Position numbers and translations under genes: made by a program
Shown here: one piece after another, positions 46,680-57,796 of the stretch
Layout of the letters: the number at the start of each line of letters is the position of its first letter
How positions within the stretch are numbered: the first letter of the stretch is position 1
DNA from: Novakomyces olei
Lineage: Eukaryota
Reading direction: 5' to 3'
Length of the DNA stretch: 64,000 nucleotides
Assembly (NCBI GenBank): GCA_016906335.1
Contig: JADEYG010000004.1
Span: forward strand, 558,001-622,000
Notes under the pieces: generated by a model
Told to the model about the DNA's origin: nothing
Database searches by the model: none
What the model saw: only the letters and a program-made list of their open reading frames with translations

Positions 46680-48823
46680 ATGCCTTGCGAAAATTGTACT
46701 TGCGGCCGCGCCAACGGGACTGCTGTCCCCCTTAATGGGAACGGGCCGGAAAAAACTGCACACGAAATCGAGCTGGAGCGTGCAAATCAGCGTGCAAACC
46801 GTGCGGAAGCCTTACTGGCAGAGATTTACAATTCCAAGATTGGGATTACCAACCCTGGACCGTCGCTGCGGAAGATTAAGCCTGGAGGTATGGCTTTGGC
46901 TTTTTGCTATTTCTGCCTTTTACCTTTTCTGCCTTTTGCTATTTCTGCCTTTTGCTATTTCTGCCTTTTACTATTTCTGCCTTTTGCTTTTCCTGCCTTT
47001 TGCTATTTCTGCCCTTTGTATGTTACTTTTGCTAATAGCAAGATTTGCGCAGCAAGAAATGGTTCAACAATGCCCAAAATGTGGGAATGACTGCACTCTA
47101 CTTGGAGCGGTACTGCAATTTCGGTTTGTCGCGTGAAGAGCTCCAAGATTTCGATAAGCCTATTATCGGAATCGCCCAAACAGGCTCCGACTTGTCTCCC
47201 TGCAATCGCCACCACATCGAACTCGCTAAACGCGTTTCCCAGGGTATTCGCGAGATGGGAGCCATCCCACTCGAGTTCCCCGCTCATCCCATCCAAGAAA
47301 CGGGCAGGCGGCCAAACGCGTGCCTGGACCGCAACCTTTCTTACCTCGGGCTCGTCGAGGTTATCCACGGGTACCCGTTGGACGGAATCGTCTTCCTTAC
47401 CGGCTGCGACAAGACAGGGCCGGCGTGCACAATGGCCGCGGCTACAATGAATCTGCCCTCTATCTGCCTCAATGTGGGTCCTATGCTTAACGGCTATTGG
47501 GAATCAGAACTGACGGGCTCTGGAACCGTTGTATGGCGCTCTCGTGAGCGACACGCCCGTGGCGATATAAACTATGAGCAGTTTATGGATATCGTTGCCT
47601 CCTCTGCCCCTTCGGTGGGCCATTGCAATACTATGGGAACTGCTTCCACTATGAATGCTCTGCTGGAAGCACTCGGCTTGTCTCTGCCCAATCAGGCTTC
47701 AATCCCGGCTCCGTACCGCGAACGTGCCGAGGCTGCTTATTATACGGGCAAAACAATCGTGGAAATGGTCTGGAAGGATCTAAAGCCGTCCGATATTTTG
47801 ACCCGTGAAGCCTTTGAAAACTGTATTGCTGTCAATGCGGCCATTGGAGGATCTACTAATGCTCCTATTCACGTAAACGCAGTTGCTCGCCATATTGGAG
47901 TGCCCCTGAACAACGACGATTGGGAGCGTATTGGGTACCATTTGCCTTTGCTCGTTAATATTCAACCTGCCGGCGAATGGCTGTGTGAGGAGTATCACCG
48001 GGCCGGCGGTCTTCCCGCCGTTATCGCCGAGCTTATCGCCGGTGGGCTGTTACCCCACCCGGATGCGCTGACGGTCAACGGTAAAACAGTGAGGGAGAAC
48101 TGCGAGGGCAAGTTTACGTGGGATAGAAGGGTTATCAAATCGTACAAGGAGCCCCTTATGGAGAGTGCAGGGTTCCTAAACTTGAAGGGTACACTTTTCG
48201 ACTCTGCAATTATGAAGACCTCGGTTATTAGCGAAGAGTTCCGTAAGCGGTACTTGCAAGATCCCAAAGACCCAATGGCCTTTGAGGGCCCTATCGTCGT
48301 TTTTGATGGTCCTGAAGATTACCATCACCGTATCGATGACCCTGCGCTTAACCTTACAGATCGGACAATCATGGTTATGCGGGGTGCTGGCCCGTTAGGG
48401 TACCCCGGAGCTGCTGAAGTAGTCAATATGCAGCCCTCGGCAAAACTGATAAAGTCTCAAGTGACTTCCCTGCCTTGTATCGGAGATGGTCGGCAGTCTG
48501 GTACGAGTGGAACTCCGAGCATCTTGAACGCCAGTCCTGAAGCTGCTGCAGGCGGTAATCTTGCTATTCTGCGTGATGGAGATCGGGTGCGGATTGATTT
48601 GAATAAACGGACGGCCGACATATTACTCGCACCAGAAGAAATTGAGGCACGTAAACGTGATTTGGAGGCAAAAGGCGGATTCCCTGTTCCCGCGAGTCAA
48701 ACTCCCTGGCAGGAGCTTTTCCGAAGCACTGTTGGCCAATTGAACGATGGTATGGTGCTCGAGTTTGCTACAAAGTACCAGCGCGTTGGCCAGACTAATG
48801 GAGTTCCTCGTGACAGTCATTAG
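46680..48823 (+). CDS. IlvD/Edd-family [2Fe-2S] sugar-acid dehydratase (D-xylonate/L-arabinonate dehydratase-like); exons 46680-46887 and 47043-48823
   Basis: [64 protein letters not shown]-terminal PRDSH. Confidence 0.92.
46898..47018 (+). repeat. 16-bp minisatellite (GCCTTTTGCTATTTCT)n, about 7 copies, in the dehydratase intron
   Basis: Directly visible with few substitutions. Confidence 0.9.
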
Positions 48824-49449
48824 TTTGCCAAACATATATTTGAATAATCATTTAATTTCCAACGAGAAAAAAAGGTGAAAAGGTGGAATAAACAATACGG
48901 GTTCAGATTAGATTTGAGAAAGGTTTGCATCACATTGGGGGGGAGACGATCTGTCCTGTACAAAGCGCTTAATGTATTCTTTGATTTAATGAGTAAATCT
49001 ATCTATTCGATTATTTGTATCTATTTGTATATTCAATTAATGGCCACAGTAATTGTTCGAGTAGACGCAGTCGGGTTCCAGCGAGTACAAATCTGTCAGT
49101 AAATCTATATTGGAGAGGGTTAGGGTTAATGGCGTTGCCCTGACTAGTCAGATAAGGATCGGCCAGCCAGTATGGATTGTGTACGACCGACTCCCGTTTC
49201 GTGGCATGGATCACTAAGCGGGTAAGAATAGCGTTTAAAGAAAACTCCTCGTTTCTGTTTACTCTTCCATTACGGAAAGCAGCACGTTTGAGACGGGAGA
49301 CAGTAGACTTGACGGCTGCCGTGTTTACGAGATTTGAGGTTAGACTAAAAAATAAAAAATTTAAACGTTCTCATCCATCGATTGTTGATTTGGTCGTGAT
49401 TATTATTTCTCTATGAAGCGTCTAACCTGGAATCTACTCAAATGTACAC

Positions 49450-51234
49450 TCAATCAGCCCAAATGACATTGGTCTCCACACGGAACTTTGCCAGTTTAAT
49501 AGAGGCATTGTTTGCATCTTTAATATTTAGCCCCTTGCAAATAGAGGCCACGTAGTTTTGGACAATAATGTTTTCCGTGTGCGCGCCTTTCCGCAAAGTA
49601 ATGTCCAGTGTCCAGGCGGGTTCTTTACCGCCCCCCTTTTTCCTATAGTGCCAATGCGCATCGGACGCGGCCAGCTGGACAGAGCCCTCGGGAACGAGAC
49701 GCAGAAGCCCTGCAATTCGTCCTATATAAACTGCCTCGAGGGCCGTTTCCGGCTGCAAGACAGAGTATATCATCTCGTCCCGCAGCCGATCCTGACAGCC
49801 GCCTAAAGCCTCGCTTGCTGAAAGCGCAAAATATGCTAAAGCTCGCTGTGTTCCGCCCACGACACCGGCTAAAACTCCCGTGGAGACACTGTGCAGAGCG
49901 CAGGCACTGCGAACATTACGCGGCAGTTGTGCAAAAGCAGGCGCGTGAGAAACGCACGCGGCAACCAGGGCGATTAATCTATGCGGCTCTATTTCTGCCG
50001 AGACACGGGACACGGATCCGCTATCCCCATCGGCAGTTGGTCGGAAAAACTTTGCCGGGAGTGCCGCCCCGATTCCCGAGTGCAGTACAGCCTCGAATCG
50101 GGATCGCACCCGTGTCGGTCCGCCGCTGCTTGGCTCTCCGAGTACTGATAGAATTGCGTCTTCAAAGGCCCGCCGAGCTGTAAGATCACGGGGGTCCACG
50201 TACTCGTACAATAGTCCCTCAAGTGTTCCCCCACTGGAAAATACGGCCGTCTGCACGTCCAAGTGCAAATCTGCCAGTGCCTGTAGTACAAGAGCGAGTG
50301 CCGGCGCCTGCTGTGCCCTTCGCTGCGATACCCCGCAGGTTCGGTAGTTTTCAATTGCCGTTTCGGCAGTTGCGGCAATATTGCCTTTTGCGGTTGCGTG
50401 CATTTGCGCGTACAGCCGCTCCCCTGCGTAAACAAACGTCTTGTAATCAATCGCGTAACCATTGACACTAGCGAACGCGCTAGAATGTCGAGTAATGTAC
50501 TGCGCAAACCCGCGTAGACTTCCGCCCGTCAGGTAGATATTACGCGTACTCGACGCGAGTCCAGAGGGGAAAAAGTCTGCTAGAGCTTGCGCGATTTCCG
50601 CCCTTAAAGCCTCAGGGCCTCGCTCATGCTCTAGTCGTCGCTGTAATGCCGCAGCTCCAAAGGGGAAAGACACGGGCGCGCTATTGAGAACAGCTCCATT
50701 CGCGTCTGTTTCCACCCTGATTAATTGCAGTGAGCCTCCACCCATGTCTAGTACAATCCCATCAAGTGGAATTTGCAGGGCTAATGCAATCCCACGCGCG
50801 CCAAAGGCAGCTTCTTGCGCGGGAGATAAAAGCTCAATCTCCACACCCACCCGCTGCTGTACATGACCGAGTATCTCGCTGCTATTGGTGGCCGCGCGCA
50901 GAGCCTGTGTCGCGACAACACGGAAAATGTGGGGTGCCGCTTCGGGTACAGGGGGGTTGCGGAAGCGTTCGAGGCACGTGGTAAGAGCATCCCTTGCATT
51001 CTCGGGAATGCATTGAGACCCGTCATAAGACTGTAGAAGACTTATTGGGGCGCGTTCGCTATAGAGTGGTCTTAGAAGCGTATTGCCGTTGTTCGTACTA
51101 ACGTGACCGTTGTGCAAGCGGTGTACGCTATAGCGTATGCCATTGCTAATAATTAGCTGTGGAATAGTCAAAGAGACATCTATTAAATTGAAATTCGAAC
51201 AATACCTCCCTATATCCACAATGCCTACAGACAT
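49450..51234 (-). CDS. Ppx/GppA-family (ASKHA) Rtg2-like protein; intron 51205-51146
   Basis: Removing the 60-nt intron gives VDIGSNGIRYSV; also ERAPISL, VVATQALR, LLSPAQEA, DMGGGSLQL, SFPFGAAAL, YLTGGSLRG. Confidence 0.75.
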   Translation of the reverse strand: MSVGIVDIGRYCSNFNLIDVSLTIPQLIISNGIRYSVHRLHNGHVSTNNGNTLLRPLYSERAPISLLQSYDGSQCIPENARDALTTCLERFRNPPVPEAAPHIFRVVATQALRAATNSSEILGHVQQRVGVEIELLSPAQEAAFGARGIALALQIPLDGIVLDMGGGSLQLIRVETDANGAVLNSAPVSFPFGAAALQRRLEHERGPEALRAEIAQALADFFPSGLASSTRNIYLTGGSLRGFAQYITRHSSAFASVNGYAIDYKTFVYAGERLYAQMHATAKGNIAATAETAIENYRTCGVSQRRAQQAPALALVLQALADLHLDVQTAVFSSGGTLEGLLYEYVDPRDLTARRAFEDAILSVLGEPSSGGPTRVRSRFEAVLHSGIGAALPAKFFRPTADGDSGSVSRVSAEIEPHRLIALVAACVSHAPAFAQLPRNVRSACALHSVSTGVLAGVVGGTQRALAYFALSASEALGGCQDRLRDEMIYSVLQPETALEAVYIGRIAGLLRLVPEGSVQLAASDAHWHYRKKGGGKEPAWTLDITLRKGAHTENIIVQNYVASICKGLNIKDANNASIKLAKFRVETNVIWAD

Positions 51235-51755
51235 TGCAGTACCGCGTGGAGTTCAGCGCCGGCGAAACTGTACTTTTGCTTTCTGTTTACTCCATCTTTA
51301 TTTTTGTCTCTTTTATCAACATAATTTCCGACTCTAGCCTTCGCCCAATGATTAAGGTCTATCGCGTCACGTTTTAATAGTGGATGTTTTTCAAAGTTTT
51401 GTCCGACGAGGACAATGGCTGGCCAGCTAAACTACCATGAAGATCTTAATGTAATGGGGTAATGACACGTTGTAATACTTGTTTCACCGTATACTTCCTA
51501 CTTTGCTAATCGTACATTTAGTAGAACTTTTACTCTGCAATACTATACAAAAGATAGTACCTGATAGCCTTACAAATAACATTATATGTATACCTCTGTA
51601 CCGCCATTAAGCTAGTACGTTGGCACTGGAAAATTATGCATAAAATACCATTATGTGGATAATAGGATAATATTCAAAGAGCAAGCCAAGTCTACCGAAC
51701 GTTGGAATATATACAGCATCGATTTATTTATTAATTTTTTGCTCACCCACACTGG

Positions 51756-54630
51756 ATGAATAGCAGCATGTCACGGCCGCGGGGCAAAATCAAAGCGCCT
51801 CGCAAGGTAAGCCATTACAAGTTCAATTTTTCACGGAATTCCTGTTTGTTAGTATACTAATTTTCAAGCTGCTTCAAAAATCCGACACTTGGGAACAGTC
51901 CTGGGCCATTTTAAAGCAGGCAATTGGAGAGATTTTCCGTAAAAATGCCTCCAAATTATCCTTTGAAGAATTGTACCGTAATGCGTACACCCTAGTACTA
52001 AATAAAAACGGGGAAAAACTATACGGTGGAGTTCGCGATGAGATCTCTGCGCATGTACAGAGTGTAGTGGCAATGAGTATTGTCCCCGAAATAGCTCGGT
52101 ACGAATCCTTCCCAGAATCGCGGCCCGGCTTTGCACATACTACTCAGCGAATAGAGGCTGGGGCTTCCCTCGTTTCTGCCGTACGAACTGCCTGGGCGGA
52201 CCAGGTACTTTGCTTGAGTATGATAAAGGACGTGTTAAAGTATATGGACAAAGTGTACGTTAAACAGGCGGGAGAATCGCCCATATACGAGTGTGGACTT
52301 GATGTATTTCGAGATCAGTTTTTATACTGTGATCAGCCCGTTGCTTCGTGTCTGATAAACGCTTTAATCGAACAGATATCGGCGGAACGAAAGGGCGACT
52401 TGATTTCTCGTCTCTCTTTACAATCTTGTATTGATATGCTGCAAACAGTCAGTGAACAGGTGGGTGCTCGGACAGCGTATGAGGCATTGTTTGAAAAGCC
52501 CTTTATCGAGGCAACTAGAGTTTATTATAAGGAGCTGGCTGATAGTATGATTGGGGATATGACTACTGTGGAATACTTGTCCCTCTGTAGTGCAAAACTG
52601 GCAGAGGAGGACGATCGGAATAAGAGCTATTTAGGGTTCACTACCCGTGCAGCCGTTCGGGAAACCGTTCAACGGAATATGATGCAAAATCATATCGATA
52701 CAATTCTCACTAAGTCATCAGGAATTTCTTTCCTGGTGGCAAACGATATGCACACAGAGTTACGGTTATTATATACTCTCTTGGGTCCAGTAGATACAGA
52801 TTATGAATATATACGGAAAGAAATTGCTTCGTGCGTTCAGACTGCTGGGAAGGATATTAATACTTCTTTTGCGCAGGCGACTAATTCGCCTGACGAACGA
52901 GGCCCAATAGCCGCGCTTCAATGGGTTCGGCAAGTGCTTCATGTTCAGAAAAAGTACTGGGCTATTGGGCATGAAGGCTTTGATAGTAACATCTTTATCA
53001 ACAAGACTATTTCTGATGTAAGTTTGATGGGCATTGGGGTTTCGATTTTTTTATTTCATCGTTTTCCTAACCAATGAATTGAGGTTTTTAAACATTAAAT
53101 GAGAATCAAAGCTAAAATCAAAACTGCTACTGATTCTCTTATTAAAAGTTGTTATCCTATTTCTAATGAGTTTTTCAATTTTTAATATATCATTCATTTC
53201 ATTTTACACATCATTCATAATGTTTATTTGTGCAGATACTAATTGCAGAACATTTATGTGTTTGTGAATGAGAATGAAAAATGTGCAGAACTCCTTTCGC
53301 TGTTTATTGACGAGCATTTGAAGAAGGGTTTAAAAGGCATGACGGAAGCAGAAGTCGAGGATGTACTGGATCAGTCTATCCGGCTTTTCCAATATATTCA
53401 AGACAAAGATTTGTTCGAGCGATACTATAAAGCTCATTTGGCTCGACGATTGCTATTCAACCGTTCTGTTTCTGACGACGCAGAAAAGAGCATGATCAGT
53501 AAGCTCAGGCTTGAAGTCGGCAGTGTCTTCACATTTAAGTTGGAGGGAATGTTTAATGATATCCGGGTTTCACGTGATGCTATTCAAGAGTACAAGGCTT
53601 TTGTCGCCAAAACTTACAATGACGATCATCCAGCCGTAAGTTTATTTTATATTATTTATTTTGTTCTCTTAAAAAAGGATCTTTGTTAGTGATGTTGTAT
53701 TATCATTTCATTGAGTCTAATCGATCAGAGCAAAATCGACGTCTCGCCAACAGTCTTGACCGACTCATTTTGGCCTGCAAATATTACGGGGGAAAAAGAC
53801 GTCGACTGTGTATATCCGGAACAAATTGAAAAAGCAAAACGTGCATTTGAGACTTTTTATCTTGCCCGGCACAGCGGGCGTACGCTCAGGTTTCATCCTG
53901 GAATGGTACGATTTTATTCATTGGTCTTTGAGTTAATATGTGTGCTAACAAACGCAGGGGCAAGCAGAGGTCAGGGCTGTGTTTAAGAAACGGAAGCACG
54001 AGCTCAGTGTATCAACTTTTTCCATGATTGTTTTACTCCTTTTCAACAATGCGAATCGGCTTGAGTATAAAGAAATACAGAGACGAACAATGATAAATGC
54101 TCCAGATCTTAAACGGACTTTACAGTCTCTGGCATGTGCGAAATACAAGATTCTTCTGAAAGAGCCTCGGGGTCGGGATGTAAATGATACGGATTCCTTT
54201 GTGTTTAACGAAGATTTCGTATGCCCACTTGCACGAATAAAAATTGCTACTATCTCTGGGAATAAAATTGAGTCCAACAAGGAGAGGCAGAATACAATGG
54301 AAAAAATCGACGAGTCTCGAAAGCATCAGACTGATGCTTGTATCGTTCGGATAATGAAGGACCGAAAAGTTTTGGATCATAACAATCTAATAGCGGAAGT
54401 TACAAAGCAGCTCAGCTCGCGGTTCAAACCGGATCCTACAATGATCAAAAAACGCATTGAAAGCTTAATTGAGAGAGAATATCTTCAGCGAAAAGACAGC
54501 GATCGGCGTATCTATGAATATCTTGTAAGAATCTTTTTGAGCTTTGCTTCACAGAAGACAGTTTGTTTCATTTATTTGTATTTGTTGATGATTTTTCTCG
54601 GGCTTCAGCTTACTAACTACCTAGGCATAA
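51756..54630 (+). CDS. CUL3: Cullin-3; 6 exons, the last encoding only Ala-stop
   Basis: RGKIKAPRK, KLSFEELYRNAYTLVL, KYMDKVYV, ELLSLFIDEHLKKG, KDLFERYYKAHLARRLL, DACIVRIMKDRK (neddylation site), IKKRIESLIEREYL. Confidence 0.93.
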
Positions 54631-55467
54631 CCATATGGATATAGACTCTTATACCCGATACTCTAATTAGTATTATTCATAGAGTTTATTTTGCAATAAG
54701 AGACGCGATATTTGTCTCGTACAACTTGATGAGGTTTGTTATTATGTAGTTGCCCGGAGGGTACGGACATGCTCATCCTTGGGTTGCATTTGTTTGACTT
54801 TTCTTAATAATGATGCAAAATTATATCCAAAAAAATTCTGAACAGTCCAATTGTCTCTATATAGTTGCGTCATATACATACGATTTGAAGACTGAATCAA
54901 TTTATGGGTGTCTTTTTCTACTTTGTGATGGAGGAAGATTCTCCACGTAGGGTGTATTGCAATAGCGATCATAACCAATCTATGTTTAAAAAGACAAGTT
55001 TGCTCTCCTTTAATTTCAAATTTTAATTCTTAGTTTTTTGGTTTATGCCAAACAGTCCAAATGTTAACAGCTTTGAAACTATTGCCCACAAAACTAGGGT
55101 AAATAAAAACCAATGGCAAACATACACAAAAGATATTTGCCATAATACCCACTCAAACACTATACTGAGTAGTCTTATAGCCGAATCAGAATAGCTATTA
55201 GCTGTTACGCGGCAAGACGAGTTTCGCCTTGACGTTGCATCAATAGCGAATAGATATTTAACCCTAACCCTGAAACGCCTCCACTGATATTATCTCGATC
55301 GACAGGAGATTAAGTAAAACGATAAAGCACATTAAATGTAATGCACAAGCATTTCTGTCCACTTTTACGTATAATTATTCTTTTTTGTTAATTATATAAG
55401 TTATTAATCGTCACGTATTGGCGTTGAACAAGTGCTCGCGGCAGCAGGCAAACTCTGGCTCATAATT

Positions 55468-56627
55468 ATGTCTGGCGCCGGCCTTAAATACGGACTTAAT
55501 ATAACCAAAAAGGCACACAAACCATCGACGAATGTGGTCAAAAAGGCCTCAATATTTGACGACGATAATTTGTACGATGATGACGAAGAGGAAGAGGAGC
55601 AAAAGGTTCAAGCACCAGTGCCAATAGTGCATTCAGAAACTAGTAAAGAGCCTCCAAACGAATCAGACGGTGATCAAGGTAAGCTTTGCAAGAATTTGTT
55701 TTATTTCATTTTTATTTTTTTTATTTTTCGGTTTATTATCCAGCTGAGCTTAATCTTTTATCTTTTTCTTCATGTCCGATCGCAAACTAATTCAGTCTAG
55801 TGTTTGGTTACGATGAGGTTTACGATCAAATGAAGAGTTTCGAGCGGCACAAAGAACAAGAATCTCAAAAGGACAAATTAGAGCGCAAGCCCAAGTATAT
55901 GCAAAATTTATTAAGAGCTGCAGAGGTTCGGAAACGAGATCTTGTTAGAGCACAAGAAAAAATGCTACAGTTAGAGCGGGAACGTGAGGGCGATGCCTTT
56001 GCGGACAAGGAAAGCTTTGTCACTTCTGCATACAAAAAGCAGCAGGAGGAAATTGCACGAATGGAAGCCGAAGAAGAACATTATGAAGAAGAGCTAAAGG
56101 CCAAGAGCCAGGGAAGTGCTACTTTTCACCGTAATCTATTAAACCAGGAAGAGGAGAGGTACCAAAGAGCAGTAGAGGCCGCGGAAAAATCAGCAGCAGA
56201 GCCTACAAAAAATTTAGAACCTCCTAACTCTGTTACACAACCAAACCGTGACGGTCAAGGCAGCAGCGGTCACGATCGTGTTACTCGTAATGATGATAAT
56301 GAAATTGTGGATAAACGCCAGTTGTTGTCTGCCGGCTTAAACGTTACTCGAAAGCCGGTCAGCAGTTTACCGGCGGAAGCTTATCAGAGATCGGCTTTGC
56401 CTCAACATGATCAAGCTGTGAGACAGCAACGTACGGCGCAGCAAAGGCGCCAGCAAGAACAGTTGGAGAGACAAAAGCTTGAAGCTGCCAAGCGACAGGC
56501 AATGGAAGAACGGGAGAGAGAAGAAGAGCTCCGTTTACGGTCAAAGCGGACAAAGACTAATGATCAAATAAGCGATGCTCGTGCACGGTACTTGGCGAGA
56601 AAGGCGGCAGGCACTAAAGCTGAATGA
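55468..56627 (+). CDS. DUF2040 / NSRP1 (CCDC55)-like coiled-coil protein; intron 55679-55800
   Basis: LKYGLN, VFGYDEVYDQMK, KPKYMQNLLRAAEVRK, EREREGDAFADKESFVTSAYK, DARARYLARK. Confidence 0.88.
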
Positions 56628-57056
56628 ACTATTGTATATAAAAGATGTGTAATTATAATGAACAAAAGAATGCCGTATCCGAAACTGTGCTGTTGAGATT
56701 CGGGGTTGGCTGACCAGAAGGCCAGAATAGAATTGAGACTGATATAGGGTTAGGGTTATTACCACAATTAACAAGTAACATAAGGGTAAATAGGCAATTT
56801 TTGTATATTATCGCTGGCCCTTTATTCTACAATGTATGTTATGTATTATAGTGTGATTTCTATTAGGAAGGTGCTATGTATATTGTCATTCTTTGGTAAT
56901 ACCACTTTATACTTGTATTATTACAATAATTTTCATATAAATAATCAGGAAAGTTCGGGAAATAAATCTATCAAACTATTCTATCATTAATCAAATATAA
57001 AGTGACAATTGTCGCAACGGCACATTAACATTTTGACACATTCAATATTTGGCGCG

Positions 57057-57641
57057 ATGTTAACACGCAACTTGCAGCGTCTGCCTTGTGCCGTTTCAAG
57101 GCCTGCAATCAAACAAAAAGTGTGTGTAAATCGTCAGTTTTCGAGGCAAATACAGTGTAACAGTTCGCGGAGACTGAGGCAAGATTTCGACTCGAAATGG
57201 ATCCATTTCTGCAGTCAGAGACACAACTCGAACACTACTTTAAATGCAAAAAATAGCAAAGCAACAGACTTGCATGCGAGAGAGAAAGATGCTTTGAGGC
57301 AAGAGTCTCTGCGTCATAAAGAGTCAAGCCAGACGGAGGCAAATGACAAAGCTGCTGCTACAGAGCCGAAGAAAGAATATCATATGACATTTACATGTGA
57401 TCCCTGTCAGACTCGGTCGTCGCATCGCGTTTCCCACCAAGCATACCATCATGGAACTGTACTCGTTCAGTGTCCTGGATGTAAAGTACGGCACCTTATA
57501 TCAGACAACCTCAAGATCTTTTCTGATAAGCCTGTTAACGTGGAAGATTTACTACGACAACACAAGGGCGAAGTTGTGCGCAAGGGAGTGGGCCACGAAG
57601 TCGATGGAGAGGTTATTGAGCTTCAAGCCGATACTAAATAA
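57057..57641 (+). CDS. ZIM17: Mitochondrial zf-DNL Hsp70 escort protein Zim17/Hep1
   Basis: Basic presequence; FTCDPC...AYHHGTVLVQCPGCKVRHLISDNLKIF. Confidence 0.9.
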   Translation: MLTRNLQRLPCAVSRPAIKQKVCVNRQFSRQIQCNSSRRLRQDFDSKWIHFCSQRHNSNTTLNAKNSKATDLHAREKDALRQESLRHKESSQTEANDKAAATEPKKEYHMTFTCDPCQTRSSHRVSHQAYHHGTVLVQCPGCKVRHLISDNLKIFSDKPVNVEDLLRQHKGEVVRKGVGHEVDGEVIELQADTK

Positions 57642-57796
57642 TGTAATTTTCTTTTTGTGATGAATGAATGAATGATGAATGAATGATGAATGTATATTTG
57701 AAAATACTGTTCAAGGTTCAGGTTTAGGGTTTATTAGGATTTACGGATTTTATTAATTCTTGAATATAGGTTTTAAGTAGGAGTAAACCAATTACA

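Noticed and set aside
54742..55143. Possible small minus-strand gene with two GTATGT donors
   Set aside because: No convincing branch points or coherent spliced ORF, and no recognisable product
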